Shown here: in pieces, positions 30,301 to 38,916 of the stretch
Numbering within the stretch: the first letter of the stretch is position 1
Layout of the letters: each line of letters starts with the position of its first letter
Virus record (IMG/VR): IMGVR_UViG_2922690425_000004
Location: 1-64,000 of that record
DNA length: 64,000 nucleotides
Source of the DNA: a virus
Taxonomy: Duplodnaviria > Caudoviricetes
Strand: one strand, 5' to 3'
Made by a program: the position numbers and the translations under genes
Notes under the pieces: model-generated
What the model saw: the letters and a program-made list of their open reading frames with translations, nothing else
The model's database searches: none
What the model was told of the DNA's origin: nothing

Positions 30301-31389
30301 AATAGACTTAATTGCATGGCTAACTTTTTCACCAAAACTTGCAACCTGTGTACTGGCTGATTTAGCTGAAGACTCCACATCTCTAAACCCTTGCTGGATT
30401 TGCTTCATTTTTTGTTTCAGGTTTGCATCATTAATGTCTAATTTTGAAGCAGAAGAGAGAAGAGAAGAGAGGTCAGTCTGATTAACACTTGAGCCATACT
30501 TAGTATTCAATCTTTGTGCGTTGGTTTCTGCTTGTTGCTTAAACTCTTTTAGATTCTGGATTTTTTTCTGATTTGCTTGACGTTCAGCGACTTCTTGCTG
30601 ACCAAGTGAACGAACCCACCAGTCCTGATATTCCTTACGAGTCGCCTGAATTGCATCCTGATTCTTTTTATCGGCTGCACGTTGTCTATCTGCATTTTCC
30701 TGAATGGCTTTTTGCTGGTTTGTGGCTAATTGACGTTCAGCCGTGTTTACTCTTTCCATGGACTTAATACGTCCATCGTACATCTGATTAACAAGAGACT
30801 CTTGATCTTTCAGTGTTTTAGCATGGTTGATTATCTCGTCGTACTTTTTTACAATGCCATTTTGATCAATATTAGCTGTAACTTTTTGTCCAGTTTCTTT
30901 GTTTTCATATGTATTTTTATAACCAACTACTTGACCTTTACCATTCTTAATAGCTTTCTCATTGGCTAATGCATAGCCTTTTAACTCAGATTCCAACTGC
31001 TGAATTGACTTTCGTTGTTTGTCATAAGCTTCAGTCTCTTGCTGTAATTTTAATCTATGCTCATCAACAGTTTTGTTGGTCTTAGTGATAACAGAATTAT
31101 CGGCTAACCGTTGCTGTGTTACTTTTTCTATGCTTCCATCTAATCTTTTATATGTTGTAGTGGTTTCACTAACAATCTTATTTTGTTGCTCCATTGCTAA
31201 ATTTAACTTATTAGCAGCGGATACAAAACTATTCATACTTGCTACAAAGCTCTTATCAATATTGATCTTAATATTCAAACTTTGAAGGGATGGGTGTTTA
31301 CTTAAAGCCTTCAATTTTTCATTAATGTTACCTATACTAGCTCCAATATTTAGGTCAGCTTGTACTAAAATCTTAAGCATATCTGCCAT
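24301..31389 (-). CDS. Tape measure protein with NlpC/P60 peptidase and lytic transglycosylase domains (YomI/CwlP-like)
   Basis: 2362 aa, coiled-coil; SDCSQFV..LPRTAAEQ..GDLVFF..HVGVY; ALIKAIIQQES..ALAMYNMGPG. Confidence 0.9.
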   Translation of the reverse strand: MADMLKILVQADLNIGASIGNINEKLKALSKHPSLQSLNIKINIDKSFVASMNSFVSAANKLNLAMEQQNKIVSETTTTYKRLDGSIEKVTQQRLADNSVITKTNKTVDEHRLKLQQETEAYDKQRKSIQQLESELKGYALANEKAIKNGKGQVVGYKNTYENKETGQKVTANIDQNGIVKKYDEIINHAKTLKDQESLVNQMYDGRIKSMERVNTAERQLATNQQKAIQENADRQRAADKKNQDAIQATRKEYQDWWVRSLGQQEVAERQANQKKIQNLKEFKQQAETNAQRLNTKYGSSVNQTDLSSLLSSASKLDINDANLKQKMKQIQQGFRDVESSAKSASTQVASFGEKVSHAIKSIGAHMIAGALYGTVFSSITAGFKGMIDIESHMAGYIQTNEHYFQGLQKGSLDMQKVNNESRQFIQTAHDQAAAITDVIESARLWGRMYKDVGVVQTLVRQSTMLSTVDLVSLEDATKSMESVLAQYGVQLKNTNDAQLYGGRILDSWSKVAHETMAPARDLGAAFERTGKIAQETGVSFDFMNGLISSGMRNTALSGENLGNMWKTVLGTIRTSKAVNEIESLGVETKKVVNGVEEWRKAEDILLDLSIAVIDKNYDLTQSYAAISRGVYQYAKLAASLQPGDILLGTAYSIGSTGSTLEYLTTQMDTISRKASQVKTSFIDIFNTAGNDGLRSMIKTILDITDQLFIGMSKIPSSIFGVSTAIVALGAAFVALKSPIKTAIDSMIVVKAMRQGMIVVTNEETAAVTASSVANAAHAVTSRTASTAEVGRTVATEATTVAINAQTAASARAAVTTSIATMGISVVIGLLASLAVGLGTAEKAQRDETQQINDSIEARERQINQYKRQIDFLPKVADAINKYKKAMDGGTLSAQQQATAQKQLEEMYKAVGITATEEGLKRLKAAHFSEDAVKYEIELLKQKKQAAAEANTEAARGAYDKKKNEYENNEEALKKAKEDLKKYKNDLDTIMNDNSIAGAFAKSPETIQGYYQMIAMAQSKVDEFTGKQQTLSKELDDANQKYMTNIEATDQLAGADSKMANATDDASDAFEKLNKALDDSSSELKTLNQALYDQQKNGYLSAETVAELIKKNPQLAASVKKVKDGYILETEAVNDLREAQLKMIKQSIEGDKQRSLNAINASISTINGYGLELKSVKDLADAKKALAAIEDEIANAKIAALSPEMRKGLGYEEKFDFNLGKTVYYNPMFEEARKARNDALKEQYDEISKSVQELEEKASKGKELLGIYSDPNFGISKEATKKNDQYNDSLSETNEILTETQKKLKAIAAAQDAQTSRMSRLKKGTEEYGKALKEQIKLLEKQAELYTEGIKDPSKLVSTKVTTTTKGGTGLDSMIEEALSLSSSGAFKYKQINGEYKGTYDEFVQRATSDCSQFVQEMFKEFLNIKLPRTAAEQAKQGTAVTSKKELQKGDLVFFNTNGKAHSHVGVYMGDGNFMQMGNSGLKQGNLNDKYWATRYDGATRIPGASALPTSTSVASSSKVTGKNADLINKYASTNGVDPALIKAIIQQESGNGANGIKNVMQVSSLGKNTNVESSIKTGTSMFAKYLNQTGNVEIALAMYNMGPGILDYFNKNGGYSVENMKKFSAKQKQKTGSKVYGDVNYVGNVLRYYDGDTSSVSGGKSKNKYTLPSASDLAKAQEDARKNRTTTYDNIYKARVDYIENYVTMSQNKLDALDADIAKSQGRQAKYDQVSANWRKEESSQIKSLTAQQKELVSQNINLDNLVKQNKITSGEFDKQKASNSTKWWELEQQKQEKYYAVIVSNLDEYEKKINAAADKIALSKARMESLDENSKAYQQELITQIGLINEQRVATEKEILAVERQLKNEKLNLQNKEELSKRLQDLTLKNLEYNNAIYSIKSAAADKIIEAYKKQIEKQKDLALKAIDKQKEAEDKRHEARLKNLEEESDRFEEIIKRQLQELDRTSESDDYDKELKKKLDERQKIQDKINELALNNSYEAKAKRKDLTDQLDAKNEEIDKFKLDRERELRKEGLNDQLEDRKKYLDKTKDAEDRTHDAITDNIDREKELTEQKYDDILEDEQRFYRMKQDLMSNDKTKVKSVIDELKGEYSKFFTFLQEQSLETSKQMQNMLDSLSMDQGKLNDFLNLDSGIGNNTGIGTGDGNGNGSGNGSNKEKEKGDWQKYLSNKQKAESISKQVVQLQREKKPDNNKIKSLQAQFQSLKSENDAMRSKWGFPDGSYDYLVKQKVFSADTGGMTPTFSGGKFLLAHEKELVLNKSDTGNLLKIIDVTRGIVDSVKSTFTPNFVRNNNTSTASNVNSFHFEKVEIHANDKESGSNILTKLIDAAKTQSKRGVLGNNYGFNL

Positions 31390-31456
31390 TACGTTTAAGT
31401 CACTTCCTTTTTTTACTTTAGAAAAATAGAAAAAAGAAGAGACTTAATATCTCTTC

Positions 31457-31879
31457 TTACTGTTCATCCTTATATTTAATTTGTTCTACAATTTCACAGA
31501 AACGAACATACCAATCTCCTTCGATACCAGTAAATTCGGTTGGGCCACGATTGATCACCGATTCTTTAACAGAAAGGAGCATAGCTTTTCGTTCTTCTGT
31601 TTCATCAATTACAATTTCTTCATTATAAAGCTTGTTTAACTCAGAAAGCCGTTCATTATCATTCTCGAAGGTATATTTTCCGTTTTCAATAATGGGATTG
31701 CCATCTTTATCTTTAGTCACATAATCAAGGTTGATATCATCTGCATCATTTAAAAGTTCTGTGTAATGTTCAGTAAGCAACCCTTTGAATTTAACTCTAT
31801 GTCGAGTATCAGTTCGGTCTGTTTTTAGTTTATCTAGATAAGCTATAAAATTTTCAAGTTCAAATTTGTATAGTTTCAT
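31457..31879 (-). CDS. Phage hypothetical protein (possible tail chaperone)
   Basis: Acidic 140-aa protein directly before the tape measure; YVTKDKDGNPII motif. Confidence 0.5.
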   Translation of the reverse strand: MKLYKFELENFIAYLDKLKTDRTDTRHRVKFKGLLTEHYTELLNDADDINLDYVTKDKDGNPIIENGKYTFENDNERLSELNKLYNEEIVIDETEERKAMLLSVKESVINRGPTEFTGIEGDWYVRFCEIVEQIKYKDEQ

Positions 31880-31944
31880 ATTAGCTCCCTTAACATTAAG
31901 ATATCTAATTGTGATAAAAGGATAGTTTTACTAGGTACAGTTAA

Positions 31945-32946
31945 TCAAAAAATCTGATTCTTCTCATCTTCGAAATCACGTAAATCATAAATAGATGTGG
32001 TGGAGATATCATTGTGATGTGCAACGAACTTCGAAACTATTTTAATATCCTTACCACTTTCTAAAAGATAGGTGATACATGAATTTTTAAAAATATGTAC
32101 GTTAACTCTACGCTCTAAAATATCAGAGAGAGTGTTTGAACAAAAATCATCTGCCCAAGCAGGAGACATAGCCTTTATCTCATTACCGTATTTAGTGGTA
32201 AAGATATATTCACTTTCATAGCCACGAAAATCTACCCATTTTTTCAAATGAGGAACAACGTCTAAGGGGATCATATATTGAATCGGCTTCCCATCTATCG
32301 ATTTGCCTTTTCCTCTTACGTTATGAGTCATAATATAATTCTTGTCTTGTTGAACTTCATAATCCAATATTTCAGTCTTGAACTGAATAATTTCCGAACG
32401 TCTCGCACCAACTCGAAAAGCTGTGGCTAACCAAGCCATACCTAGCCAATTTTCATCTTCTTCTAAAACGCTCATCATCATATCGTACTCATCTTTTGTG
32501 ACTTTTACTTTTTCATAAACACGATTTTTTGAAATTGGAGGGAGACCACGTGTAAAATTTCTAAAGTTTTTGTAGTTTTCATCTTCTTCTGCAATAATAT
32601 TTTCGATGTGATTACAGAAACTTGAGATAACAGACTTCCTAAAGCTGATTGCGGATGAGGACATTTTCCTATTGTCTCGTATAAAACTCAGATAACGAAG
32701 AAAGTCTCTCTTTGTAATTTTGTAGAATGGTTTGTTGTTCATTGAAGCAACCATGTACCAACCAAACTGTCTAATTACACTTGTGTACTGCTTGCGAGAT
32801 TGAGGGGAGAGGTCTTGTACAGAAACAAACTCTTCAGCATTAAATCTATAGTCTTCATTGACTTGCTGCCACATTTCGTCTGTTACTTCTGGTTGTTTTT
32901 TCGCAGGTTCGCGTAATGTATTCTTTTTAATTTCTTTCCTTGCCAT
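31945..32946 (-). CDS. Tyrosine recombinase-family protein (YomM-like)
   Basis: GARRSE, GKGK, HIFK and HHNDISTTSIY motifs; SPbeta-like position. Confidence 0.8.
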   Translation of the reverse strand: MARKEIKKNTLREPAKKQPEVTDEMWQQVNEDYRFNAEEFVSVQDLSPQSRKQYTSVIRQFGWYMVASMNNKPFYKITKRDFLRYLSFIRDNRKMSSSAISFRKSVISSFCNHIENIIAEEDENYKNFRNFTRGLPPISKNRVYEKVKVTKDEYDMMMSVLEEDENWLGMAWLATAFRVGARRSEIIQFKTEILDYEVQQDKNYIMTHNVRGKGKSIDGKPIQYMIPLDVVPHLKKWVDFRGYESEYIFTTKYGNEIKAMSPAWADDFCSNTLSDILERRVNVHIFKNSCITYLLESGKDIKIVSKFVAHHNDISTTSIYDLRDFEDEKNQIF

Positions 32947-33082
32947 TCACATCATTCCTTACGTATGTTTATAAGGACACTTTTGAATAGATGCCCAATC
33001 CTAATTCCCGTTTGGCTTGTTTTTCTCATAGCCACCAATATATTCATTAAAAACACTCCCTAAGTTTTAATAAATAGCTTTT

Positions 33083-33517
33083 TTACTTAACTTCCACATC
33101 AAGTCCTTGACGTGATAATCCCCTATGAAGTGCCGCAACATGAGCATTAGTATCATGCAGCTTCTCGACAGTCTTCTCAACGAATGGGCGAGGACGACCA
33201 GAATAAGCGAATTCGAAATCGTAACCCTGACCAGTTTCTACGACTAAACCAACATTCTTACTTCCATCCATACGATGACTTTCAATGGATACAATATCCT
33301 GTCCAATCATATCAACAATCATATTGCGCTCATCTGTTAGCCCCCCTTGATCACGCTGTCTTTCGTAGACTGTGGGAGTATATACATCATAAACATTTTC
33401 CTGTATTGATTGTTCCATATTAACTTTTACTGTATTAGCGACATCAACTTGCAAAGTTGAGGCGATTTTTTGCTTCAACAATCTTTCCAATTCAGCAAAA
33501 CTATTCGCTATTGGCAC
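33083..33517 (-). CDS. Tail completion/neck protein (HK97 gp10-like, YomN-like)
   Basis: VYDVYTPTVYER..RPRPFVEKT motif. Confidence 0.55.
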   Translation of the reverse strand: MPIANSFAELERLLKQKIASTLQVDVANTVKVNMEQSIQENVYDVYTPTVYERQRDQGGLTDERNMIVDMIGQDIVSIESHRMDGSKNVGLVVETGQGYDFEFAYSGRPRPFVEKTVEKLHDTNAHVAALHRGLSRQGLDVEVK

Positions 33518-33980
33518 TAGAGTTAGCTCCGTTACTATTCATTTCTTCATTTGCTTTTCTTTCAATCTCAGCAAAATTATCTGCTATTTCCTTAAAACGC
33601 TTCTCTAATTTTTTGACCTCAATCTCAGGCAATTTATTTGCTACTTCTACGAAAATGTTTGTGTTCAATAAATTCTCATATACCTTAATCAAAGTCTGAA
33701 AGTCATTCTTGTTGGGAATGGGGAGGTCTGTAAATTCGCGTAGCATCAAAGTAGATCCAATTTGTGACGCAATTTGGCTGAAAGTTAATTCAGTAAGTTG
33801 TGATTTTTCAATCCCTTGTACAACTTCTATTAGTCCTGTAAAGATGTTGTTAATTGAACTTTCCTTAAAGTTTTGCTTGATGGCTACTTCAAATTGACCA
33901 TTCAGAATGGGATATGTTTGCGTCTGTTCTAGTTCTTTGCTGAGTTTATTCAATTCTGAAACTGTTAATTTTTTAGTCAA
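33501..33980 (-). CDS. Tail assembly chaperone-like protein (YomO-like)
   Basis: Helical acidic protein; LREFTDLPIP motif; synteny. Confidence 0.45.
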   Translation of the reverse strand: MTKKLTVSELNKLSKELEQTQTYPILNGQFEVAIKQNFKESSINNIFTGLIEVVQGIEKSQLTELTFSQIASQIGSTLMLREFTDLPIPNKNDFQTLIKVYENLLNTNIFVEVANKLPEIEVKKLEKRFKEIADNFAEIERKANEEMNSNGANSSANSE

Positions 33981-33995
33981 TAATCACACTCTCCT

Positions 33996-35090
33996 TTAAT
34001 GTGGAAATGTTTCATCCAGTACTTTAGACCATTTTTCTTCCCATCTTTTACTATCAAACGCCATTGAAACTTCTCGTGCATTCTTACCAAATGTTTCAGC
34101 TTTATCTCTATTGTGATATAAATATTCAATTGAATTACATAGATTATCTACAGTAGGCTTAATCAGTAGTCCATTGTATCCATCAATAATTAGATCACTT
34201 AATCCACCTACGCAACTAGCTATAACTGGTTTTCCAAATGCCTGTGCTTCAATGCAGCTCAAACTTGTACCTTCTGCACCGAGAGTGGGGATTAAAACTA
34301 TATCTGCTTGTTCGTAAGCACGATACATTTTATTCATATCAAAATGTTCCCATCGAACTCGATCTTGAGTATTTACCCATCGCTTAAATTGTTGTTCGCC
34401 TTCAATTGTTCCTCTACCTACAAAATAAAATTCCATATCTTCGTACTTGGGGAGAAGTTTCTTAGATGCTTCAGCCGCCAACAAATATCCTCTTAATTCA
34501 TGAAGTCTACGAGGAATAAGCACTGTGAACTTACCTTTTCCTTTTTTCTCTCTAGGTTTAAAGGTGTCGGTATTAACATAGTTCGGTATGTATTCAAATT
34601 TATCATATAGTTTTGGATATAAAGCTTTAGTCCAACCAATAGTGTTTGTATCTACAGAAACAATTTTTCCTACACGGCGGTAGCAGTCTCTAATGTATTC
34701 GTTGTATCCTTTAGCGTGATACCAGCTTTGAATTTCATTATCCCACCAAATACCATGTGAAATAGCAATAGAGTTCTTACGTGCTTCGGGAAAAGCCAGA
34801 GTGGCTACAAAATAGATAGTATAATCATAATTTTCCGTCCGTTTATGAAACTCAATTGTTAGATCTGGAAAAGATTCTTTGTCACCAATGGGGCAGGGGA
34901 TACCAGTTATTTTTACATCCTTGAAGTTCTTTACCCAAGGTGTAGTAGATGCTTGAAAAACGTCTACAATATAATTCTTTTTTCTTAATAGACGTACTAG
35001 ATCAATTAAATACCTTTCGCCGCCACCCATTTGAGTATATGTTCCAGTTAAATCAAAGAATTGCGTTGTTAAAAGTGCTACCTTTTTCAT
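33996..35090 (-). CDS. Glycosyltransferase family 4 (GT-B)
   Basis: GGGERY, IPNYVN and EGTSLSCIEAQAFGKPVI (EX7E). Start moved to ATG 35090 after an SD. Confidence 0.9.
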   Translation of the reverse strand: MKKVALLTTQFFDLTGTYTQMGGGERYLIDLVRLLRKKNYIVDVFQASTTPWVKNFKDVKITGIPCPIGDKESFPDLTIEFHKRTENYDYTIYFVATLAFPEARKNSIAISHGIWWDNEIQSWYHAKGYNEYIRDCYRRVGKIVSVDTNTIGWTKALYPKLYDKFEYIPNYVNTDTFKPREKKGKGKFTVLIPRRLHELRGYLLAAEASKKLLPKYEDMEFYFVGRGTIEGEQQFKRWVNTQDRVRWEHFDMNKMYRAYEQADIVLIPTLGAEGTSLSCIEAQAFGKPVIASCVGGLSDLIIDGYNGLLIKPTVDNLCNSIEYLYHNRDKAETFGKNAREVSMAFDSKRWEEKWSKVLDETFPH

Positions 35091-36087
35091 CCTTTTCTCC
35101 TTTGAAAAATTCCTTAATAGCGCTGTTAATGATTTCAAATCTATCATCCCATGAATTGTTTTTAGCCATTTTTTTAGCTTTATTTTTGTATTCGATACAC
35201 TTAGATACTTTAATTGCTTTATGAATATTTTTTATGAATTCTTTATGGTTTCTGCTTACAAATACAACATCTTCATAATCATCCATTTCAGGAATATCGG
35301 TTGCTACCACTGGAGTACCATGAGCAAGTGACTCATAAACTTTTAAAGGATTGCTGAAGTCACTGATTTGACAGCGTTGGAAGGGGAGAAGGGTAACATC
35401 AGCGTGACGATAATAGGCTTGAAGTTCTAGGTATCCCTTTGAACCCAAATAATGAACCCCTTTAGGCATTTCTTTAATACCCCAAGGAAGTCCAACAACA
35501 AAAACTTGATATTTCTTCGCAACTTTCTCCAAAAGTAATAGATCGCACCAATTGGACGTGAGCGCGCCTGAAAACAATACAATAGGCTTATTCTTTTTAG
35601 TGTATGGAATCAAGTCTTCAGGAATAGGAAAGTCGAGATCTCCTAATTTTTTAAAACAGGCATTTCGAACCAAGTGTACATTTTTATGTTGTTTACTTCT
35701 TAGTTCTAGCAGAGGTTTGGAGGCAGCCAATAAAATATCTGCCTTACTTACCATGTTGTCTTCCTCATGTTCATTTTCTGGGAAATTGTCCAGTGAATCA
35801 TAAACAACCAAGTCGGCTTTAATACTTTCTAAATCTGTATGTCGCATAGCCCAAGATGAAAAGTAAATATCAACTTTAGGGTGTCTTTTTAAAAAAACTT
35901 CCCAATTATGATACACCTCAAGTGTGTCAGAGATGCGATCACGCACTTTATCGGTTCGTTGAGTGTAGTTAACCCAATAGACCATATACCCATTCTCAGA
36001 GAAATACTTCATTAAATGGTGTGGTCGTTGCTGCAATGGCTGGTCGTAATCAATTGTATTAGCATAAACAATCGTTTTTTGTTTCAT
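35053..36087 (-). CDS. Glycosyltransferase, GT-B fold (TuaH-like)
   Basis: QRPHHL, VVYDSLD and SNPLKVYESLAHGTPVV motifs. Confidence 0.85.
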   Translation of the reverse strand: MKQKTIVYANTIDYDQPLQQRPHHLMKYFSENGYMVYWVNYTQRTDKVRDRISDTLEVYHNWEVFLKRHPKVDIYFSSWAMRHTDLESIKADLVVYDSLDNFPENEHEEDNMVSKADILLAASKPLLELRSKQHKNVHLVRNACFKKLGDLDFPIPEDLIPYTKKNKPIVLFSGALTSNWCDLLLLEKVAKKYQVFVVGLPWGIKEMPKGVHYLGSKGYLELQAYYRHADVTLLPFQRCQISDFSNPLKVYESLAHGTPVVATDIPEMDDYEDVVFVSRNHKEFIKNIHKAIKVSKCIEYKNKAKKMAKNNSWDDRFEIINSAIKEFFKGEKDEKGSTFNNAIL

Positions 36088-36097
36088 TTATTTCTCC

Positions 36098-36844
36098 CTA
36101 AGATATTTTTTCTAAACATTCTGGACTCATAATATGGTGCGAGAATGTACCTAAATCACAAAAAAGCTCAAAACCTTTCTCTTGAGCCATTTTACAGAAG
36201 TATGCGTCTTCTCCTTGCGGGTGAAACCCATATTTTATAGATTTAAATACTTTACGGCTTAACATTATAACTGCCCCTGTAAGATCAACTCTTATAAGAG
36301 ATGAAGAGTGGAGAGAGGGTGCATTTTTTACTTGATTGGTTACAACATGTTCATAATAACCCTTACTATTGATCTTCATGATGTTGGGGAACAGATATGG
36401 CTTCTCAGGGCGAACAATGTGCCCATTCCAAATCAATCCTGATATGATATCCTTGTCCGATTTGAGTAGATTATTAATGATATCAGGTTGCACGAGGATA
36501 TCTGTGTCTATAAACATCAGATAATCAGTTTTGGTTTTTGACATGATATAATTCCGTAATTTACTCAAATGAGTATATATGAAGTTGTTTCTAATGTTTA
36601 AGTCTCTTTTATCTACAGGAGCATTTCGATTGTATACCTCAACTCTAATATTTTTATATATGTGCCTGTATTGCTTTTTAAAGTTGTACAATAAATTTAA
36701 AGAATTATCAGTTGAATCATTGATTACAAATATGAATTCAATTAAGTTAGTAGGATAATTCAATTCCAATAAGCTTTTTAGATATTTATCTAAAATCCAC
36801 TCCCGGTTACGAACAGGCGTTGCAATTGTAACAGTTTGGTTCAT
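36098..36844 (-). CDS. Glycosyltransferase, GT-A fold (GT2/Anp1-like)
   Basis: TPVRNRE, INDSTDNS, LRN, FIDTD (DxD) and GEDAYFC motifs. Confidence 0.85.
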   Translation of the reverse strand: MNQTVTIATPVRNREWILDKYLKSLLELNYPTNLIEFIFVINDSTDNSLNLLYNFKKQYRHIYKNIRVEVYNRNAPVDKRDLNIRNNFIYTHLSKLRNYIMSKTKTDYLMFIDTDILVQPDIINNLLKSDKDIISGLIWNGHIVRPEKPYLFPNIMKINSKGYYEHVVTNQVKNAPSLHSSSLIRVDLTGAVIMLSRKVFKSIKYGFHPQGEDAYFCKMAQEKGFELFCDLGTFSHHIMSPECLEKIS

Positions 36845-36858
36845 ATAATCTCCCTTGT

Positions 36859-36891
36859 AAAAACAAAGAGCCGAAGGGCAACCTACGGCTC
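36859..36891 (-). terminator. Intrinsic terminator after the tail tube gene
   Basis: GAGCCGTAGG-TTGC-CCTTCGGCTC-TTTGTTTTT on the minus strand. Confidence 0.7.
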
Positions 36892-36904
36892 ATAAGTTCT
36901 TTAC

Positions 36905-37681
36905 TTATTTTTCATAAATAATTTCTTCTTTCATTACTTCAACCCCATTCACGGTTACAGGGAACAAATCAAACGTCAAACTGAGAGAACTTGGATCTCC
37001 AGAAGGGGAATAGTTGACCGCGTAGTTTGGCTGAAGTTTAGCCTTGCGGAAAATTTGTTGAGAGCCGACCATCTTACCAGCTTTCTCATCAGCATACAAA
37101 GTGTCTCCAGCAATAAATACGTATCCCGGAAATCCTTTGGTTGTATATGAGAGTTTTGCTGCATTTGGAGTATTGTATTGATAGTAAACCTCAACATCAC
37201 TGCCAACTTCGATAGTTGCAGTAGTGTCTAATGTTACTACATTATCAGTAATGTCTTTAATGGGTTGTGCGTCAGCCATAATCCCGTTTATGTATGCAAA
37301 CACCTTAACATTAGTTTTATCACCAATTGGTGTTTTGTCTAATGTGATCTGTTTTGCTCCAGAAGTACCCTTCATAACAGTCAGAATTTGAGACTTATAA
37401 AGATCTTGTGCGCCCTTTTCAATAGGTTCTCCAGCCAGCATAGCAAGATGTTGCAAAGTGAAGATTTGAGTCTCTACTTTAAGTGTAGAGTCCTTTTCAC
37501 CCGACCAAGCAATACGCTTTGGATTCCCATCGCCACCTCTTGCAAACACTGTCTCTGATGTCCATTCGTTACTGGTAGTCGTAGCGTAATCAAAAGTCAT
37601 AAGAGGTGTACTTGTTACAAAATCGAAAATTTGAAGATTGAGATTGTTTCTAGAGCCGTATCGTCCTAGTTGTATTGCCAT
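36905..37681 (-). CDS. Major tail (tube) protein (YomU-like)
   Basis: ETVFARGGDGNPKRIAWSGEK and GDPSSLSLTFD; synteny; followed by a terminator. Confidence 0.75.
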   Translation of the reverse strand: MAIQLGRYGSRNNLNLQIFDFVTSTPLMTFDYATTTSNEWTSETVFARGGDGNPKRIAWSGEKDSTLKVETQIFTLQHLAMLAGEPIEKGAQDLYKSQILTVMKGTSGAKQITLDKTPIGDKTNVKVFAYINGIMADAQPIKDITDNVVTLDTTATIEVGSDVEVYYQYNTPNAAKLSYTTKGFPGYVFIAGDTLYADEKAGKMVGSQQIFRKAKLQPNYAVNYSPSGDPSSLSLTFDLFPVTVNGVEVMKEEIIYEK

Positions 37682-37706
37682 AAAGGATAGTTCCTCCTAA
37701 TTTATA

Positions 37707-38432
37707 CTATAATTTTGTTTTCTCCATCCACTCAGGGATAGAGTTGTCTTCAGGTAAGGTTTTTTCATTAGACCATACTGGTAAGAGTCTATTGTAATTT
37801 TCTTTCTTGTTCACTCTTTCAAAATGCTCATAAACTTGATACACCGTAAGTGAGCCAACATTAAATATATTGATCCCATTTCCTTCGAAATTGCAGAGGA
37901 TAGATAAAATATCTTTGAATTCTAGCTGATTTTCCGTGTTATTGTTGTTTATTTGCGACTCATACATTTGCATTCTTCTATAAAACTCTTCTGCTGTACT
38001 ATTTGCTGCCTCTATTTTTTCTTGAGAGTCAGATGATACATTTAGTTCTTTTATAACTAAATCAAATTCTCTAAAATTGCTTTTGTTTATAAAATCTTTT
38101 CCATCCAACAAAAAACAGGATGTTTCAATATTGAAACTAACATGACCTTTAACGAAAAAGGAGAAGGCCTTACATATTTCATTTCTAATAGACGGAACTT
38201 CGATTAGCACATCATAGTCAGACTCATTCTTTATTTTTGAAAAACTGTCTTTGTCCAATCCAAATAACCCTACTAAAATTTTCTCTTTATCAAACCCCAC
38301 TAAAGCTAGATTAACTAAATAATTTAAATATCCAATTTCACCGATCTCATTAACTGTAGGAGAGAACACGGATATTCCCTCTTTTGTTGTATAAGGTAAA
38401 CCAAGAAATGCTTGTAGGCGATCGATAATCAA
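37707..38432 (-). CDS. Phage structural/hypothetical protein (YomV-like)
   Basis: PTVNEIGEIG..LTVYQVYEHFER; synteny. Confidence 0.55.
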   Translation of the reverse strand: MIIDRLQAFLGLPYTTKEGISVFSPTVNEIGEIGYLNYLVNLALVGFDKEKILVGLFGLDKDSFSKIKNESDYDVLIEVPSIRNEICKAFSFFVKGHVSFNIETSCFLLDGKDFINKSNFREFDLVIKELNVSSDSQEKIEAANSTAEEFYRRMQMYESQINNNNTENQLEFKDILSILCNFEGNGINIFNVGSLTVYQVYEHFERVNKKENYNRLLPVWSNEKTLPEDNSIPEWMEKTKL

Positions 38433-38441
38433 ATAATCACC

Positions 38442-38915
38442 TCAATTAAAATCCCAAAGTTTGTACTGTATGTAATAACCTAAATAATTTTCATTCACAA
38501 ACATTTCGTCCATTCGATAAAATTGCAAATTACCAATGCCGAGATTTCTGTTCTCGTTAAACAGCTCGTCTATATAGGCTAAAATATGATCATATCTTAA
38601 TACCTCATACTCAGTAAGAATTAAATCCTTATGCACTAAAACTTGAAAATGCAGCAACCCCGACTTGAACTGAGAACCAACAGGTTTGTAATCTCTAAAA
38701 GAAAATGTCACATAAGAGGAAGCTTTATCAGCCAATTTGGGAACGTGATTAAAAGGAAAAATATTGTTATTGATCAACTCTGAGGTATCTTCGATATCGG
38801 GTTGATCTAAATAATTACTTTGTTCATACCAAACTGACTTGCAAAGTTTATGAGAACTCAATAAATGGTTCAGTACGATCATGCGATTTTTGCCTAACTC
38901 CTCAAATCGAGACAT
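38442..38915 (-). CDS. Tail terminator-like protein
   Basis: NIFPFNHVP..IDELFN..GIGNL; position between head and tail genes. Confidence 0.5.
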   Translation of the reverse strand: MSRFEELGKNRMIVLNHLLSSHKLCKSVWYEQSNYLDQPDIEDTSELINNNIFPFNHVPKLADKASSYVTFSFRDYKPVGSQFKSGLLHFQVLVHKDLILTEYEVLRYDHILAYIDELFNENRNLGIGNLQFYRMDEMFVNENYLGYYIQYKLWDFN

Positions 38916-38916
38916 G

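Noticed and set aside
20996-31285. Many plus-strand ORFs of 60-120 aa
   Set aside because: Antisense shadows of the spike and tape-measure genes. The same applies to the other nested ORFs in the track.
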